64,000 nucleotides of DNA, from positions 1,779-65,778 of the forward strand of contig JAWODW010000037.1 of assembly GCA_046483065.1 (NCBI GenBank), in the 5' to 3' direction. This document shows positions 18,031 to 30,315 of this stretch, in pieces. Each line of letters starts with the position of its first letter. The stretch's first letter is position 1. A program made the position numbers and the translations under genes. A model generated the notes under the pieces. The model was not told the DNA's origin, did not search any database, and was given only the letters and a program-made list of their open reading frames with translations. The DNA comes from Longimicrobiales bacterium. GTDB lineage: Bacteria; Gemmatimonadota; Gemmatimonadetes; Longimicrobiales; RSA9.

Positions 18031-21000
18031 TTGACGATCCTCGATCGGCTGCTCCCCGACTATCCGGAAGACCAGAAGGCCGAGCGGCACCAGCTCCTCG
18101 GTCTCATGGGGATGTTCTTCCTCGTGGTCACGGCGGTGGGGATCCTGAAGCCGGTGCGGAACTCGCTGGCGCTCTCCGGGCTCGGCGACGGCGAATTCTA
18201 CCGGGTGTACCTGGTGAGCGCCGTGGTACTCCTCTTCGTCCCGTTCTACAACCGGCTGGCGGACCGGGTGGGGTGGGGTGCGCTGGTTCCGGCCATGGCG
18301 GTGTTCTTCGGGCTGAACCTGGTAGTGTTCCGGTTCGCGTACACGGAGGGCAGCACGCTGCTGGGGCTGGTCTTCTACGGCTGGTACGACCTGTTCGCGG
18401 CGGCGCTGGTGACGCAATTCTTCGTGGCGACGCAGCTGCTGCTGAACGCCCGGAGCGCCAAGAGCGCGTACCCGCTGGTGATCGGCGGGGGCGCGCTGGG
18501 TGCCATGCTGGGCGGCGGGATCGCCGGGTTCCTGGCGGAGGCCATCGGCACGCCGAACCTGCTGCTGCTGGGGGCGGTGTGCATCCTGGGGTTCGGGCTG
18601 GGGATCCCCCTCGTGTGGCCCGGCGAGGAGATCACGGCCGTCCAGCGGCAGCGGTCCCGGGGCGTGCGACGGAAGGAGACGCTGTCGAAGGGCGAAGTCC
18701 GCCGGCTCCTGGGCAACTCCCACGTCCGGCTTATCGCGGTGAGCGTGCTGATCGTGGTCCTGGCAAAGCAGCTGGTGGACTACGAGTTCAACACGCTCAC
18801 CAAGCAGATTTTCGTGACGGAGGACGCGGTCACCGAGTTCCAGGGATACGTCAACCTGGCGACCCAGTGGCTACCCCTGGTCTCGGTGGTGGCGCTCCGG
18901 CCGCTCCTGAAGCGGTGGGGGCTCGGCGCCATCGTGTTCATCCTCCCGGGGCTGATCTTCCTGAGCAGCTTCGTGGCGGCGGCCTTCTTCTCCATCTGGA
19001 CGGTGATCGCCGTGCGGACTTCGGACACCATGTTCCGGTACTCGGCGGAGCGGGCGAGCCGGGAGATCCTCTACGTCCCGATCCCCGAGGAGATCAAGCT
19101 CAAGGCGAAGACGTACATCGATGTGGGCGTGGAGAAGGGGCTCGGAAAGGCACTGGCCGCCGGCGTCATCGCGCTCCTGGTGGAGGTGCTGCACCTCGGT
19201 CTCGAGCAGATCGCGTGGGTGGTGGTGGCGATGGCCGCGGCGTGGGTCGGGATCACGATCCTCGTCCGCCGGGAGTACGTCCGCACGCTCGCCCGCTCGA
19301 TCCGGGGCCGGTTCGCCAGCTTCCAGGGGCTGAGCGCACTCTCGGATGCCAGCACCCAGGAGGTGGTCCGCCGGTCGCTGCGCAGCGACGACCCGGTGCA
19401 GGTCTCCTTCGCCCTGGACCTGGTGGACCAGAGCGCGGGCACCGACACCCGCCCGGTGGCGGAAGCGCTCCACGAGCTGCTGGAGCACAGCAACCCGGAC
19501 ATCCGTCACAAGGCGCTGCGGATCCTGACGGAGGACCGGGACCCGGACTCCGTGGACCCGGAGCGGGTCCAGCCGCGGCTCCGGGACCGGGTCCGTCGGG
19601 TCCGCGAGCAGGCGGTGCTGGCGCTCCTTTCGGCGGCGCCGGATCGGCAGAAGGAGCTGGTGCGGGGGCTGCTGGCGTCTCCGCACTCGGAGGTCCGGAC
19701 GGCGGCGCTTGCCGTCCTGGCCCGGGGCGACGTGGCGGCCCGGGGCGACGAGCTCCTGGGCGCGTCCTTCCTGGACGAGCGCTGGGAGCAGGCGCAGGCC
19801 GGGCACCGGGACGCCCGGGTGGAGCTCGCCCTGGCCGCCGGGGTGCACCGGTCGCATCCCCGGGCCGTGGAGGTCCTGGAGGCGCTCCTCGGCGACCCGG
19901 ACCCGGTGGTGGCGTCGGCGGCGCTCCGGAGCGCCGGGCTGCTGGACCGGACCGAGCTCCGGACGGCCATGGTGGAGGGGTTGAAGAAGCCGGGGACCCG
20001 GCAGGCGGCCCGGGACGCTCTGGTGGAGCAGGGCCAGCGGGCGGTGGAGTGTCTGGCGGACGCGCTCCTGGACGAGTCGTCCCACCCCACCATCCGACGC
20101 CACATCCCGTCGGTCCTGGCCCGGATGCCCAACCGGGCGGCGGCGGACGCCATGCTCCACAGCGTGGTGGCGCCGGAGACCGACCAGCTGCTGGACTACC
20201 GGACGCTGAAGGCGCTGAGCCAGATCCGGACCCGGGACCCATCGCTGGAGTTCGACCGGGAGATGGTAATGGCTTCCATCCGGCGTGAGGTGGAGGCCGC
20301 CGTCCGCTACCACCGGGCGCGCCGGTGCATCCGGGAGCTCGAGCTCGACGGTCGCGCCACGTCGCTCCTCCGGAAGTCGCTGACGGAAGCGTGGTCGGAG
20401 CGGCGGGAAGGTGTGTTCCGGCTCCTGGGGCTGCTGTACCCGTCCGACGAGATGTACCGGGTGTACCTGGCCATCAGCAGCGGGGAGCGGACCCCGCGGG
20501 CCAACGCCATCGAGTGGCTGGAAGAGACGCTGGACCGGGGCCTCTTCCAGCGGATCGCACCGGTCCTGGGTGAGACGGCGCCGCTGGATGAGCTGGACCC
20601 GTTCGTCTCCCTGGGATCGCTGCTCCGGGACGGCGACCCGTGGATCGCCCGGACGGCCGTGGCGGCCACGGCGGAGATCGAGCAGCCCTGGAGTCGGGCG
20701 GTACTGCATGATATCATCGGGTCGGAGTCCCACGGCGACGCCGGCGAGCAGGCCGACCGCCGGCTCCGGCGGGCAACGGCGAGCGAGGAAGGCACCATGG
20801 ATCTCATCGAGAAAGTCTTTCTGCTACAGAAGATCGACCTGCTGCAGGACGCCCGGAGCGCGCACCTGGCGCTGCTGGCGTCCATCGCCGAGGAGGTGGA
20901 GGCGGACCCCGGCACCGTGCTGATCCGTCAGGACGAGCCCACCGAGGCGCTCTACATGGTCATCGACGGCAGGGTGGACCTGGAGGGCGTGGCCGGCCAG

Positions 21001-21207
21001 CAGCTCGAAGCGGGGGACAGCCAGGCGTTCGGGACCTGGGCCCTCATCGACGAGGCGCCGAGCCTCGTCACGGCCACCGTGGACGAGCCGTCGCGGCTGC
21101 TCCGCATCACGCGCAGCGACTTCTACGACCTGCTGGCGGACCACCCGGAGCTGGCCCTCGGCCTGCTCCAGGGACTTGCCCGACGCGTACGCACGCTCGT
21201 AGCCTGA
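18031..21207 (+). CDS. Fusion protein: TLC/ATP:ADP-antiporter-like polytopic transporter domain + HEAT-like repeats + CAP-type cNMP-binding-like domain
   Basis: TTG start. Residues 1-~430 form ~11-12 TM helices with MFFLVVTAVGILKPVRNSL-type N-terminal signature. Residues ~440-880 carry HEAT-like repeats (SNPDIRHKALRIL, HSEVRTAALAVLA, DPDPVVASAALRSAG). The C-terminus is LIRQDEPTEALYMVIDGRV...FGTWALID...LLRITRSDFYDLL. Confidence 0.7.
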   Translation: MTILDRLLPDYPEDQKAERHQLLGLMGMFFLVVTAVGILKPVRNSLALSGLGDGEFYRVYLVSAVVLLFVPFYNRLADRVGWGALVPAMAVFFGLNLVVFRFAYTEGSTLLGLVFYGWYDLFAAALVTQFFVATQLLLNARSAKSAYPLVIGGGALGAMLGGGIAGFLAEAIGTPNLLLLGAVCILGFGLGIPLVWPGEEITAVQRQRSRGVRRKETLSKGEVRRLLGNSHVRLIAVSVLIVVLAKQLVDYEFNTLTKQIFVTEDAVTEFQGYVNLATQWLPLVSVVALRPLLKRWGLGAIVFILPGLIFLSSFVAAAFFSIWTVIAVRTSDTMFRYSAERASREILYVPIPEEIKLKAKTYIDVGVEKGLGKALAAGVIALLVEVLHLGLEQIAWVVVAMAAAWVGITILVRREYVRTLARSIRGRFASFQGLSALSDASTQEVVRRSLRSDDPVQVSFALDLVDQSAGTDTRPVAEALHELLEHSNPDIRHKALRILTEDRDPDSVDPERVQPRLRDRVRRVREQAVLALLSAAPDRQKELVRGLLASPHSEVRTAALAVLARGDVAARGDELLGASFLDERWEQAQAGHRDARVELALAAGVHRSHPRAVEVLEALLGDPDPVVASAALRSAGLLDRTELRTAMVEGLKKPGTRQAARDALVEQGQRAVECLADALLDESSHPTIRRHIPSVLARMPNRAAADAMLHSVVAPETDQLLDYRTLKALSQIRTRDPSLEFDREMVMASIRREVEAAVRYHRARRCIRELELDGRATSLLRKSLTEAWSERREGVFRLLGLLYPSDEMYRVYLAISSGERTPRANAIEWLEETLDRGLFQRIAPVLGETAPLDELDPFVSLGSLLRDGDPWIARTAVAATAEIEQPWSRAVLHDIIGSESHGDAGEQADRRLRRATASEEGTMDLIEKVFLLQKIDLLQDARSAHLALLASIAEEVEADPGTVLIRQDEPTEALYMVIDGRVDLEGVAGQQLEAGDSQAFGTWALIDEAPSLVTATVDEPSRLLRITRSDFYDLLADHPELALGLLQGLARRVRTLVA

Positions 21208-21212
21208 GTCCC

Positions 21213-21692
21213 ATGGCCGATACCCCCGCACCCACGGTGATGATCGTCGATGACGAGGAGATGGTGGCGACGGCACTCCGGAGCTTCCTCGAGCTGGAGA
21301 CGTCGTACCGCATCCTGACATTCACATCACCCACACGCGCACTGGAGGAGGCCGAGTCGGAGCCGGTGAACGTGGTGATCGCCGATTTCATGATGCCCGA
21401 GATGGACGGGATCACCTTCCTGCGCCAGTTCCGGGAGATGAACCCCCGGGCCACGCGGATCCTGCTGACCGGCTACGCCGACAAGGAGAACGCGATCCGG
21501 GCCATCAACGAGGCGGGGCTGTACTACTACCTGGAGAAGCCGTGGAGCAACGAGCACCTGAAGCTCGTGATCCGGAACGGTGTGGAGCGGTCCAGCCTGT
21601 TCAACGAGCTCGACAGCCGGGTCCAGGCGCTGGAGGGCGCGCACGAGGAGCTGTTCGAGATCCGACGAAGGCTGGTCCAGGCGTTCCTGTGA
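21213..21692 (+). CDS. Stand-alone response regulator receiver protein
   Basis: VMIVDDEE...VVIADFMMPEMDG...LTGYAD...YYYLEKPW, with a short coiled-coil tail. 5 nt after the upstream stop. Confidence 0.9.
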   Translation: MADTPAPTVMIVDDEEMVATALRSFLELETSYRILTFTSPTRALEEAESEPVNVVIADFMMPEMDGITFLRQFREMNPRATRILLTGYADKENAIRAINEAGLYYYLEKPWSNEHLKLVIRNGVERSSLFNELDSRVQALEGAHEELFEIRRRLVQAFL

Positions 21693-23191
21693 GCATCAGC
21701 CCCCGGAGCTGGAGCCCGGAGGAAGCGGCGGGCGACGTGCGGCTCCACAGGCCCGTCCGGTCCCGGGCCGTCGTCGTCGGCTGGACGCTGGTGCTGGGCG
21801 CCATCTTCCGCCTGGGGCTGGGGCTGCCCCTCGACGTCCGCTTCTTCGCGCTGGCCGCGGGCTGGTTCGTGGCGGCGGCGGCAACGTTCCACTGGCTCGC
21901 CGGCCACCGCAACTCCACGGCGTTCTTCTCCGTCCGGTTCCTCCTCTTCGCCGCCGAGGTGGTGGTGGCCGCGTGGCTCGCCCATTACATCGGCGCCAGC
22001 AGCTGGCTCGCCACCCTCTTCCTCCTGCTCCCCGCCATCGAGTGGAACATGCTCTACCCCGGCGCGTGGGGGCTGGCCGGGTCGTTCTTGGCCGTCCTGG
22101 CCACGGGTGCCCTGATCGCGGGCGAGGCGCTGGGGTTCGTCCCGCCCGGCGCGCTGTTCAGCGCCATCGAGACCGGCTACTCCGACCCGTTGTACGCGGT
22201 GGGCGCGTTCCTGGTCTCGGCGTCACTCATCATCGGGCTCTCCACGGTGGTCAGCCGGTACGCGGAGGCGGGCCGGCGGAAGAGCCGGGAGCTGGAAGCG
22301 GCGAACGAGCGGCTCCGGGAGCTTTCCCGGGACGTGCAGGAGTCCCACGCCGAGCTGGAGTCGGCGTACGAGCAGCTCCAGGACACGCAGGCGGAGCTGG
22401 TGGGCTCGGCCAAGCTGGCCACACTGGGGAACCTCATCGCCGGTGTGGCCCACGAGATCAACACGCCGCTGGGCGCGCTCCACAGCAACCACTACACCAT
22501 CGCCCGGGCACTGGAGCGGCTCCAGGAGATCCTGGAAGACGAGGTGGTGGACGAGCACGAGCTGGAGGACGTGCGGCGGATCGTGAAGGCCATCGACGGC
22601 GTCACGGCCACGAACAACATGGCCGTGGACCGGATGGTGAAGCTGGTGAGCAGCCTGCGGACGTTCGGGCGGGTCGACCGCTCCGACATCGATTACGCGG
22701 ACCTCCACGGGGGCCTGGAGAGCACACTGGCGATCCTGAGCCACGAGCTGCGGCAGCGGATCGAGGTGGAGAAGGATTACGGCGACCTGCCCCGGGTGGA
22801 GTGCTACCCGAACCAGATCCACCAGGTGTTCATGAACCTTATCGTGAACGCCATGCAGGCCATGGAGGACGGCGGCACCCTGACACTGCGGACCCGGCAC
22901 GAGGGTGACGAGGTAGTGATAGAGGTACAGGACACGGGCGTGGGCATGTCCCGGGAGACCATCGACCGGATCTTCGACCCCGGCTTCACCACCAAGGGGT
23001 CGCGCATGGGGATGGGGATGGGGCTCCTGATCACGAACCGCATCGTCGACCGGCACGACGGCCGGATCGAGGTCGAGAGCGAGCCCGGCGTGGGCACCAC
23101 GTTCACCATCCGCCTCCCCGTCCGGCTGCCGGAGAAGGCCCGGACCGGTCGGGAGACCCGCCGGGAACCGACCCCCGACGGGGTCGCTTGA
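21689..23191 (+). CDS. Sensor histidine kinase with polytopic (about 6 TM) membrane-embedded sensor region
   Basis: GTG 21689 overlaps the RR stop (GTGA). H-box AGVAHEINTPLGAL. N/G boxes NLIVNAMQAM, DTGVGM, GMGMGLLI. Confidence 0.88.
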   Translation: MSISPRSWSPEEAAGDVRLHRPVRSRAVVVGWTLVLGAIFRLGLGLPLDVRFFALAAGWFVAAAATFHWLAGHRNSTAFFSVRFLLFAAEVVVAAWLAHYIGASSWLATLFLLLPAIEWNMLYPGAWGLAGSFLAVLATGALIAGEALGFVPPGALFSAIETGYSDPLYAVGAFLVSASLIIGLSTVVSRYAEAGRRKSRELEAANERLRELSRDVQESHAELESAYEQLQDTQAELVGSAKLATLGNLIAGVAHEINTPLGALHSNHYTIARALERLQEILEDEVVDEHELEDVRRIVKAIDGVTATNNMAVDRMVKLVSSLRTFGRVDRSDIDYADLHGGLESTLAILSHELRQRIEVEKDYGDLPRVECYPNQIHQVFMNLIVNAMQAMEDGGTLTLRTRHEGDEVVIEVQDTGVGMSRETIDRIFDPGFTTKGSRMGMGMGLLITNRIVDRHDGRIEVESEPGVGTTFTIRLPVRLPEKARTGRETRREPTPDGVA

Positions 23192-23222
23192 GCACCAGCG
23201 CGGCACGAAATCGAAGGGACCC

Positions 23223-24200
23223 ATGAGACCGAACAGCACGCGGCACCGCACCCCTCTGACAGTCGGGCTGGCGGCCCTCATCCTGGCCGTGGCGCCCACT
23301 GGCATCGCGGCACAGGGCAACATCCTCCACCCGCCGGACACCATCGAGAAGCGGCTGGCCCACGACGACTTCGAGATCGTGGACCGCAGGGGCTCCCGGT
23401 TCGATGGCGACCGGACGAACCGGGTGGCCATGTCGTTCGCCGACGGCACCATGATGGTGGCGAAGTGGGCGCTGGCGCCTCAGGGTGGCGAGGCGTACAA
23501 CAACAACCCGCGCTACGAGGTGGCGGCCTACGAGCTCCAGAAGCTCTTCCTGCGGCCCCACGAGTTCGTGGTGCCGCCCACCGTGTTGCGGGCCTTCGAC
23601 CTGGGCTGGTTCCGGAGCCTGGAGCCGGGCGTGCGCCCGACCTTCAATGACACCGAGTCGGTCCTGGTGGTGCTCCAGTACTGGCTCTTCGACATCGCCG
23701 GCGCCGAGTTCTGGGACCGCCGTCGGTTCGCCAGCGACTCCGTCTACGCCCGGCACCTGGCCAACTTCAACATCTTCACGTACCTGGTCCGGCACAACGA
23801 CCAGAACCAGGGAAACTACCTGATCTCCGGGATCGAGACCGACCCGCGGGTCTTCAGCGTGGACAACGGGATCGCGTTCCAGAGCAGCGTGAGCGACCAG
23901 GGCGCGAACTGGCGCCGGCTCCGGGTGGACCGGCTCCCGACCGAGACCATCGACCGGCTGCGGGAGCTGACCGAGGAGGATGTGCGCCGCCGGCTCGAGA
24001 CCGTGGCCCAGTTCCGGATCCAGCCCGATGGCACGCTCACGGCCGAGCCCACCGGCCCCGCCCGCGACCCCGGCCAGGGGATCCGTCGCTCCGACCGCGT
24101 GATCCAGCTCGGCCTGGACCGCCGGGAGATCGACGACGTGTGGCGCCGGATCCAGCGCCTGCTGGCACGCGTCGATGACGGCGACTTCGAGCTCTTCTGA
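23223..24200 (+). CDS. Signal-peptide protein with PI3/PI4-kinase (type II PI4K-like) catalytic motifs, paralogue 1
   Basis: Signal peptide ...LAALILAVAPTGIAAQG. Motifs VAKW (Lys), NNNPRYEVAAYELQKLF...VVPPTV, RHNDQNQGNYLI (catalytic loop-like) and FSVDNGIAF (DxG-like). About 45 percent identity by eye to 37512..38531. Confidence 0.65.
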   Translation: MRPNSTRHRTPLTVGLAALILAVAPTGIAAQGNILHPPDTIEKRLAHDDFEIVDRRGSRFDGDRTNRVAMSFADGTMMVAKWALAPQGGEAYNNNPRYEVAAYELQKLFLRPHEFVVPPTVLRAFDLGWFRSLEPGVRPTFNDTESVLVVLQYWLFDIAGAEFWDRRRFASDSVYARHLANFNIFTYLVRHNDQNQGNYLISGIETDPRVFSVDNGIAFQSSVSDQGANWRRLRVDRLPTETIDRLRELTEEDVRRRLETVAQFRIQPDGTLTAEPTGPARDPGQGIRRSDRVIQLGLDRREIDDVWRRIQRLLARVDDGDFELF

Positions 24201-24203
24201 GCC

Positions 24204-24644
24204 ATGGACGTGATCTTCGCAGTCGTCGCCGACGCAGCCAACGTGAGCCGGGAAGGCAAGCTCAACATCATGGGCATCTTCGACCGGGTCTTCGCCCGGA
24301 AGGTACCCGCCCGGTTCCCGCCGATGCAGCTCGTGATCCGGCTGGAAGCCGACTACGCCGAGCTCGAGACCGAGCACGCCATCCGGGTACAGCTCAGCGA
24401 CCCGGACGACGAGTCCGTCTTCGATATCGACGGCAGCTTCACCCCCCGGGGCGGCCAGCCCGGCCAGAAGGTCCCGGTCAACCACGTCCTCCAGCTCGGG
24501 AACCTGCCGCTCCAGCGTACGGGCACCCACCGGATCCTCATCTGGATCGATGGCGACCTGAAGCGGGAGCTGCCGATCCACGTGGTCCAGGCCCCCGACG
24601 CCCCGCCCCCGGGCGCCGACGGCGGCGATACACTGGTCCACTAG
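24204..24644 (+). CDS. Hypothetical small soluble protein
   Basis: ATG 3 nt after the upstream stop. High GC3. MDVIFAVVADAANVSREGKLNIMGIFDRV N-terminus. No family assigned with confidence. Confidence 0.7.
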   Translation: MDVIFAVVADAANVSREGKLNIMGIFDRVFARKVPARFPPMQLVIRLEADYAELETEHAIRVQLSDPDDESVFDIDGSFTPRGGQPGQKVPVNHVLQLGNLPLQRTGTHRILIWIDGDLKRELPIHVVQAPDAPPPGADGGDTLVH

Positions 24645-24810
24645 CCGGTCCACCGGTCCACTGGACGATCCCCCGGGCACCGGCCGGTCCATGGGGGCAG
24701 CAGCTCTCTCCGTTCGGCAGCGCCGGACCCGCGCCACCGGACGGACGAGTTCTTGCACTTCTCTTCATCGGACCGGCGGAGCGAAACGCTTCCTGAACAA
24801 GGAGTTGGCC

Positions 24811-25179
24811 GTGGTATTCGGTGAGATCATCCTGGCATTCGCGATCGGGCTCCTCCTGGCGCTGATCTTCGCGTACGGCCTCGGACGGACGGGGCCGTGG
24901 GGTGGGTTCGTCTGGTTCTTCCTGGTGGTCTTCCTCACCGCCTGGGCCGTGGGGCTCTGGGTCGAGCCCGTGGGGCCGGCACTCTGGGGCGCTGCATGGG
25001 TGCCGATCCTCTTCGGGGCACTCTTTGTGGCGCTCCTGGTAGCAGCCATACCGCCGAGGCCCGCTCGCCCCGCGGATGTCGCCGAGCCCGATGCGGTCGG
25101 GACCGCCGCCGCCGTGGGACTCTTCTTCTGGCTCCTGGTGGTGATCCTGCTCATCGCCATCATCTTCGCCTACGTCTGA
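24811..25179 (+). CDS. Hypothetical small integral membrane protein (about 4 TM)
   Basis: GTG 24811 lies 6 nt after GGAG. Hydrophobic throughout (VVFGEIILAFAIGLLLALIFAY..., LFFWLLVVILLIAIIFAYV). Followed by a strong hairpin. Confidence 0.6.
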   Translation: MVFGEIILAFAIGLLLALIFAYGLGRTGPWGGFVWFFLVVFLTAWAVGLWVEPVGPALWGAAWVPILFGALFVALLVAAIPPRPARPADVAEPDAVGTAAAVGLFFWLLVVILLIAIIFAYV

Positions 25180-25210
25180 CCCGCATCTGACGGAGGCGGG
25201 CGGAACGAGA

Positions 25211-25246
25211 CGAGCCCCCGGCGGCCGCAAGGCCGCCGGGGGCTCG
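25211..25246. terminator. Strong GC hairpin between convergent genes
   Basis: 16-bp perfect stem CGAGCCCCCGGCGGCC/GGCCGCCGGGGGCTCG with a GCAA tetraloop. No clear U-tract. Confidence 0.6.
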
Positions 25247-25275
25247 TGGTTGGGCGGTCGGCCGCCGCTGTGCGT

Positions 25276-28491
<3,216 letters not shown>

Positions 28492-28595
28492 GGTCACGCG
28501 TCCCTTGTGCGGGGGTCGAAGTCTGCCTATGTGCGGGAAGGGCCGGACGCCCAAAGTGGGAAGGGATCCGGGATGATGCCAGGGGATTGGTGATC

Positions 28596-28621
28596 GGGGT
28601 CGGGGTCGGGGTGGGGTCGGG
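28596..28621 (+). other. Canonical G-quadruplex motif in the BNR/MATE divergent intergenic region
   Basis: GGGGTCGGGGTCGGGGTGGGGTCGGG: four G4 tracts with 1-2-nt loops, followed by further G-runs to 28660. Confidence 0.7.
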
Positions 28622-28718
28622 CCCGGGCTCGGGGGGCGGAGTGGGAAGCGGGATGGGGCGGGGAAAGGCCCCGTCCGGCCTCCCGCCCGGCCACCCCTCC
28701 CGCTACCTTCCCGGCGCC

Positions 28719-30089
28719 ATGAAACCGTTCGCCGCCGCCGTCGCCGCTCTCCCGCCCCGTCGCGAGTTCCGCTCGCTCGTCCGCCTGGCGCTGCCCATCG
28801 TGGCGGTACAGGTGGGGCTGATGTTCATGGGCGTGGTAGACACACTCATGGTGGGCCGGGTCAGCGCCGCAGCGCTGGCGGCGGTGGCCCTCGGCAACCT
28901 GTACTTTTTCTTCATCGCCATCTTCGGGATGGGCGTGCTGTTCGGCCTCGACCCCGTCGTATCTCAGGCGGTGGGCGCCCGGGACGACGCGGCCATCGCC
29001 CGGGCCGTCCAGCGGGGGCTGGTCATGGCCGCCGTGCTGGCCGCCCTCTCCCTCGCGGCGCTGCTGCCGGCCGAGGCGATCTTCACCGTGCTCCGCCAGC
29101 CGCCGGACGTCATCCCCCTGGCCGCTGGCTACGTTCACGCGGCCACCCCGGGGATCGTGGCCTTCCTCGCCTTCATCGTGCTCCGGCAGACGCTCCAGGC
29201 CATGGACCGGGTCCGGCCCATCGTGGTGGCCATCGTGGCGGCGAACCTGGTGAACGTGCTCACGAACTGGCTCCTGGTCTTCGGCCACTGGGGCTTCCCC
29301 GCCCTCGGCCCCATCGGGACGGGGTGGGCCTCGACGTTCAGCCGGTGGACGATGCTCGTCTTCCTCGCGGTGCTCACGCTGCGACGCCTCGGCCCTTACC
29401 TCCGGCCCGCCGGCCGCGTGGTCCTCCAGCTCCGGCCGCTGTGGCGCATGCTCCGCCTCGGCGCGCCCATCGGCGCACAGTTCCAGCTCGAGATGGGCGC
29501 GTTCGCCGTGGTGGCGCTCCTCATGGGCTGGCTCGGCACCGCCCAGATGGCCGGCCACCAGGTGGCCATCAACCTGGCGTCGCTCACGTTCATGGTGCCC
29601 GTGGGCATCGCCCAGGCCGGCGCCATCCGCGTAGGGCAGGCCGTGGGGCGCGACGACCCCGCGGGCGCACGCATCGCTGTGAAGTCGGCCCTCGTGGCCG
29701 GCGCCGGGTTCATGTCCTTCACCGCCGTCGTGTTCCTGGCCTTTCCCGGGTTCCTGACCCACCTCTACACCGAGGAGCCCGAGGTGATGGCCGTGGCCGT
29801 GACGCTCATCCCCATCGCCGGCGTCTTCCAAGTGGCCGACGGGCTCCAGGTGGTCTCGGCCGGCGTGCTCCGCGGTATCGGCGACACCACCGCCCCCTTC
29901 GTGGCCAACCTCCTGGCCTTCTGGATGGTCGGGCTCCCCGTGGGCATCTACCTCGGCTTCCGCACCGCCGCCGGGCCGGTGGGACTCTGGTGGGGGCTCG
30001 TCGCCGGTCTCGGCCTCGTGGCCCTCTTCCTCGTGCTCCGGGTGCGCAATCGGATGCGGAGGACGCTGGCCCGGATCGTCATCGATTAG
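28719..30089 (+). CDS. MATE family efflux transporter
   Basis: Start MKPFAAAVAALPPRREFRSLVRLALPIVAVQVGLMFMGVVDTLMVGRVS. 12 TM helices with internal duplication (second half LRLGAPIGAQFQLEMGAF...). Confidence 0.9.
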   Translation: MKPFAAAVAALPPRREFRSLVRLALPIVAVQVGLMFMGVVDTLMVGRVSAAALAAVALGNLYFFFIAIFGMGVLFGLDPVVSQAVGARDDAAIARAVQRGLVMAAVLAALSLAALLPAEAIFTVLRQPPDVIPLAAGYVHAATPGIVAFLAFIVLRQTLQAMDRVRPIVVAIVAANLVNVLTNWLLVFGHWGFPALGPIGTGWASTFSRWTMLVFLAVLTLRRLGPYLRPAGRVVLQLRPLWRMLRLGAPIGAQFQLEMGAFAVVALLMGWLGTAQMAGHQVAINLASLTFMVPVGIAQAGAIRVGQAVGRDDPAGARIAVKSALVAGAGFMSFTAVVFLAFPGFLTHLYTEEPEVMAVAVTLIPIAGVFQVADGLQVVSAGVLRGIGDTTAPFVANLLAFWMVGLPVGIYLGFRTAAGPVGLWWGLVAGLGLVALFLVLRVRNRMRRTLARIVID

Positions 30090-30091
30090 TA

Positions 30092-30185
30092 GGCGTGGAG
30101 ACGCGGAGGAGCGCGGAGGCGCGGAGGGGGCGTCGCGAGGCGGGGATTCGGGTGGGGATCGAGGGACGCGACGAGGCCGACTTCA
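30092..30185. repeat. Single arm of a CGCGGAG heptad element
   Basis: GGAGACGCGGAGGAGCGCGGAGGCGCGGAGGGGG... starts 3 nt after the MATE stop and ends at the stop of the lipoprotein fragment. Confidence 0.7.
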
Positions 30186-30299
30186 GGGCTCGTAGAGGTC
30201 GAAGGGGGCGACGGTAGTTGTCCAGCCGGACGACGGCGCGTCGCCACCGCACGAGACGGCCGCGAGCACCACGAAGCCGGCGACGAGTCGGTTGGTCAA
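30183..30299 (-). pseudogene. Lipoprotein N-terminal fragment (38 codons: signal peptide + lipobox, then premature stop at the repeat junction)
   Basis: Not in the ORF track (<60 aa). TTG ACC AAC CGA ... gives (M)TNRLVAGFVVLAAVSCGGDAPSSGWTTTVAPFDLYEP*. GC3 is very high. The stop at 30183 directly abuts the CGCGGAG repeat arm 30092..30185. Confidence 0.5.
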
Positions 30300-30315
30300 T
30301 GCAGAAACGTCGACC

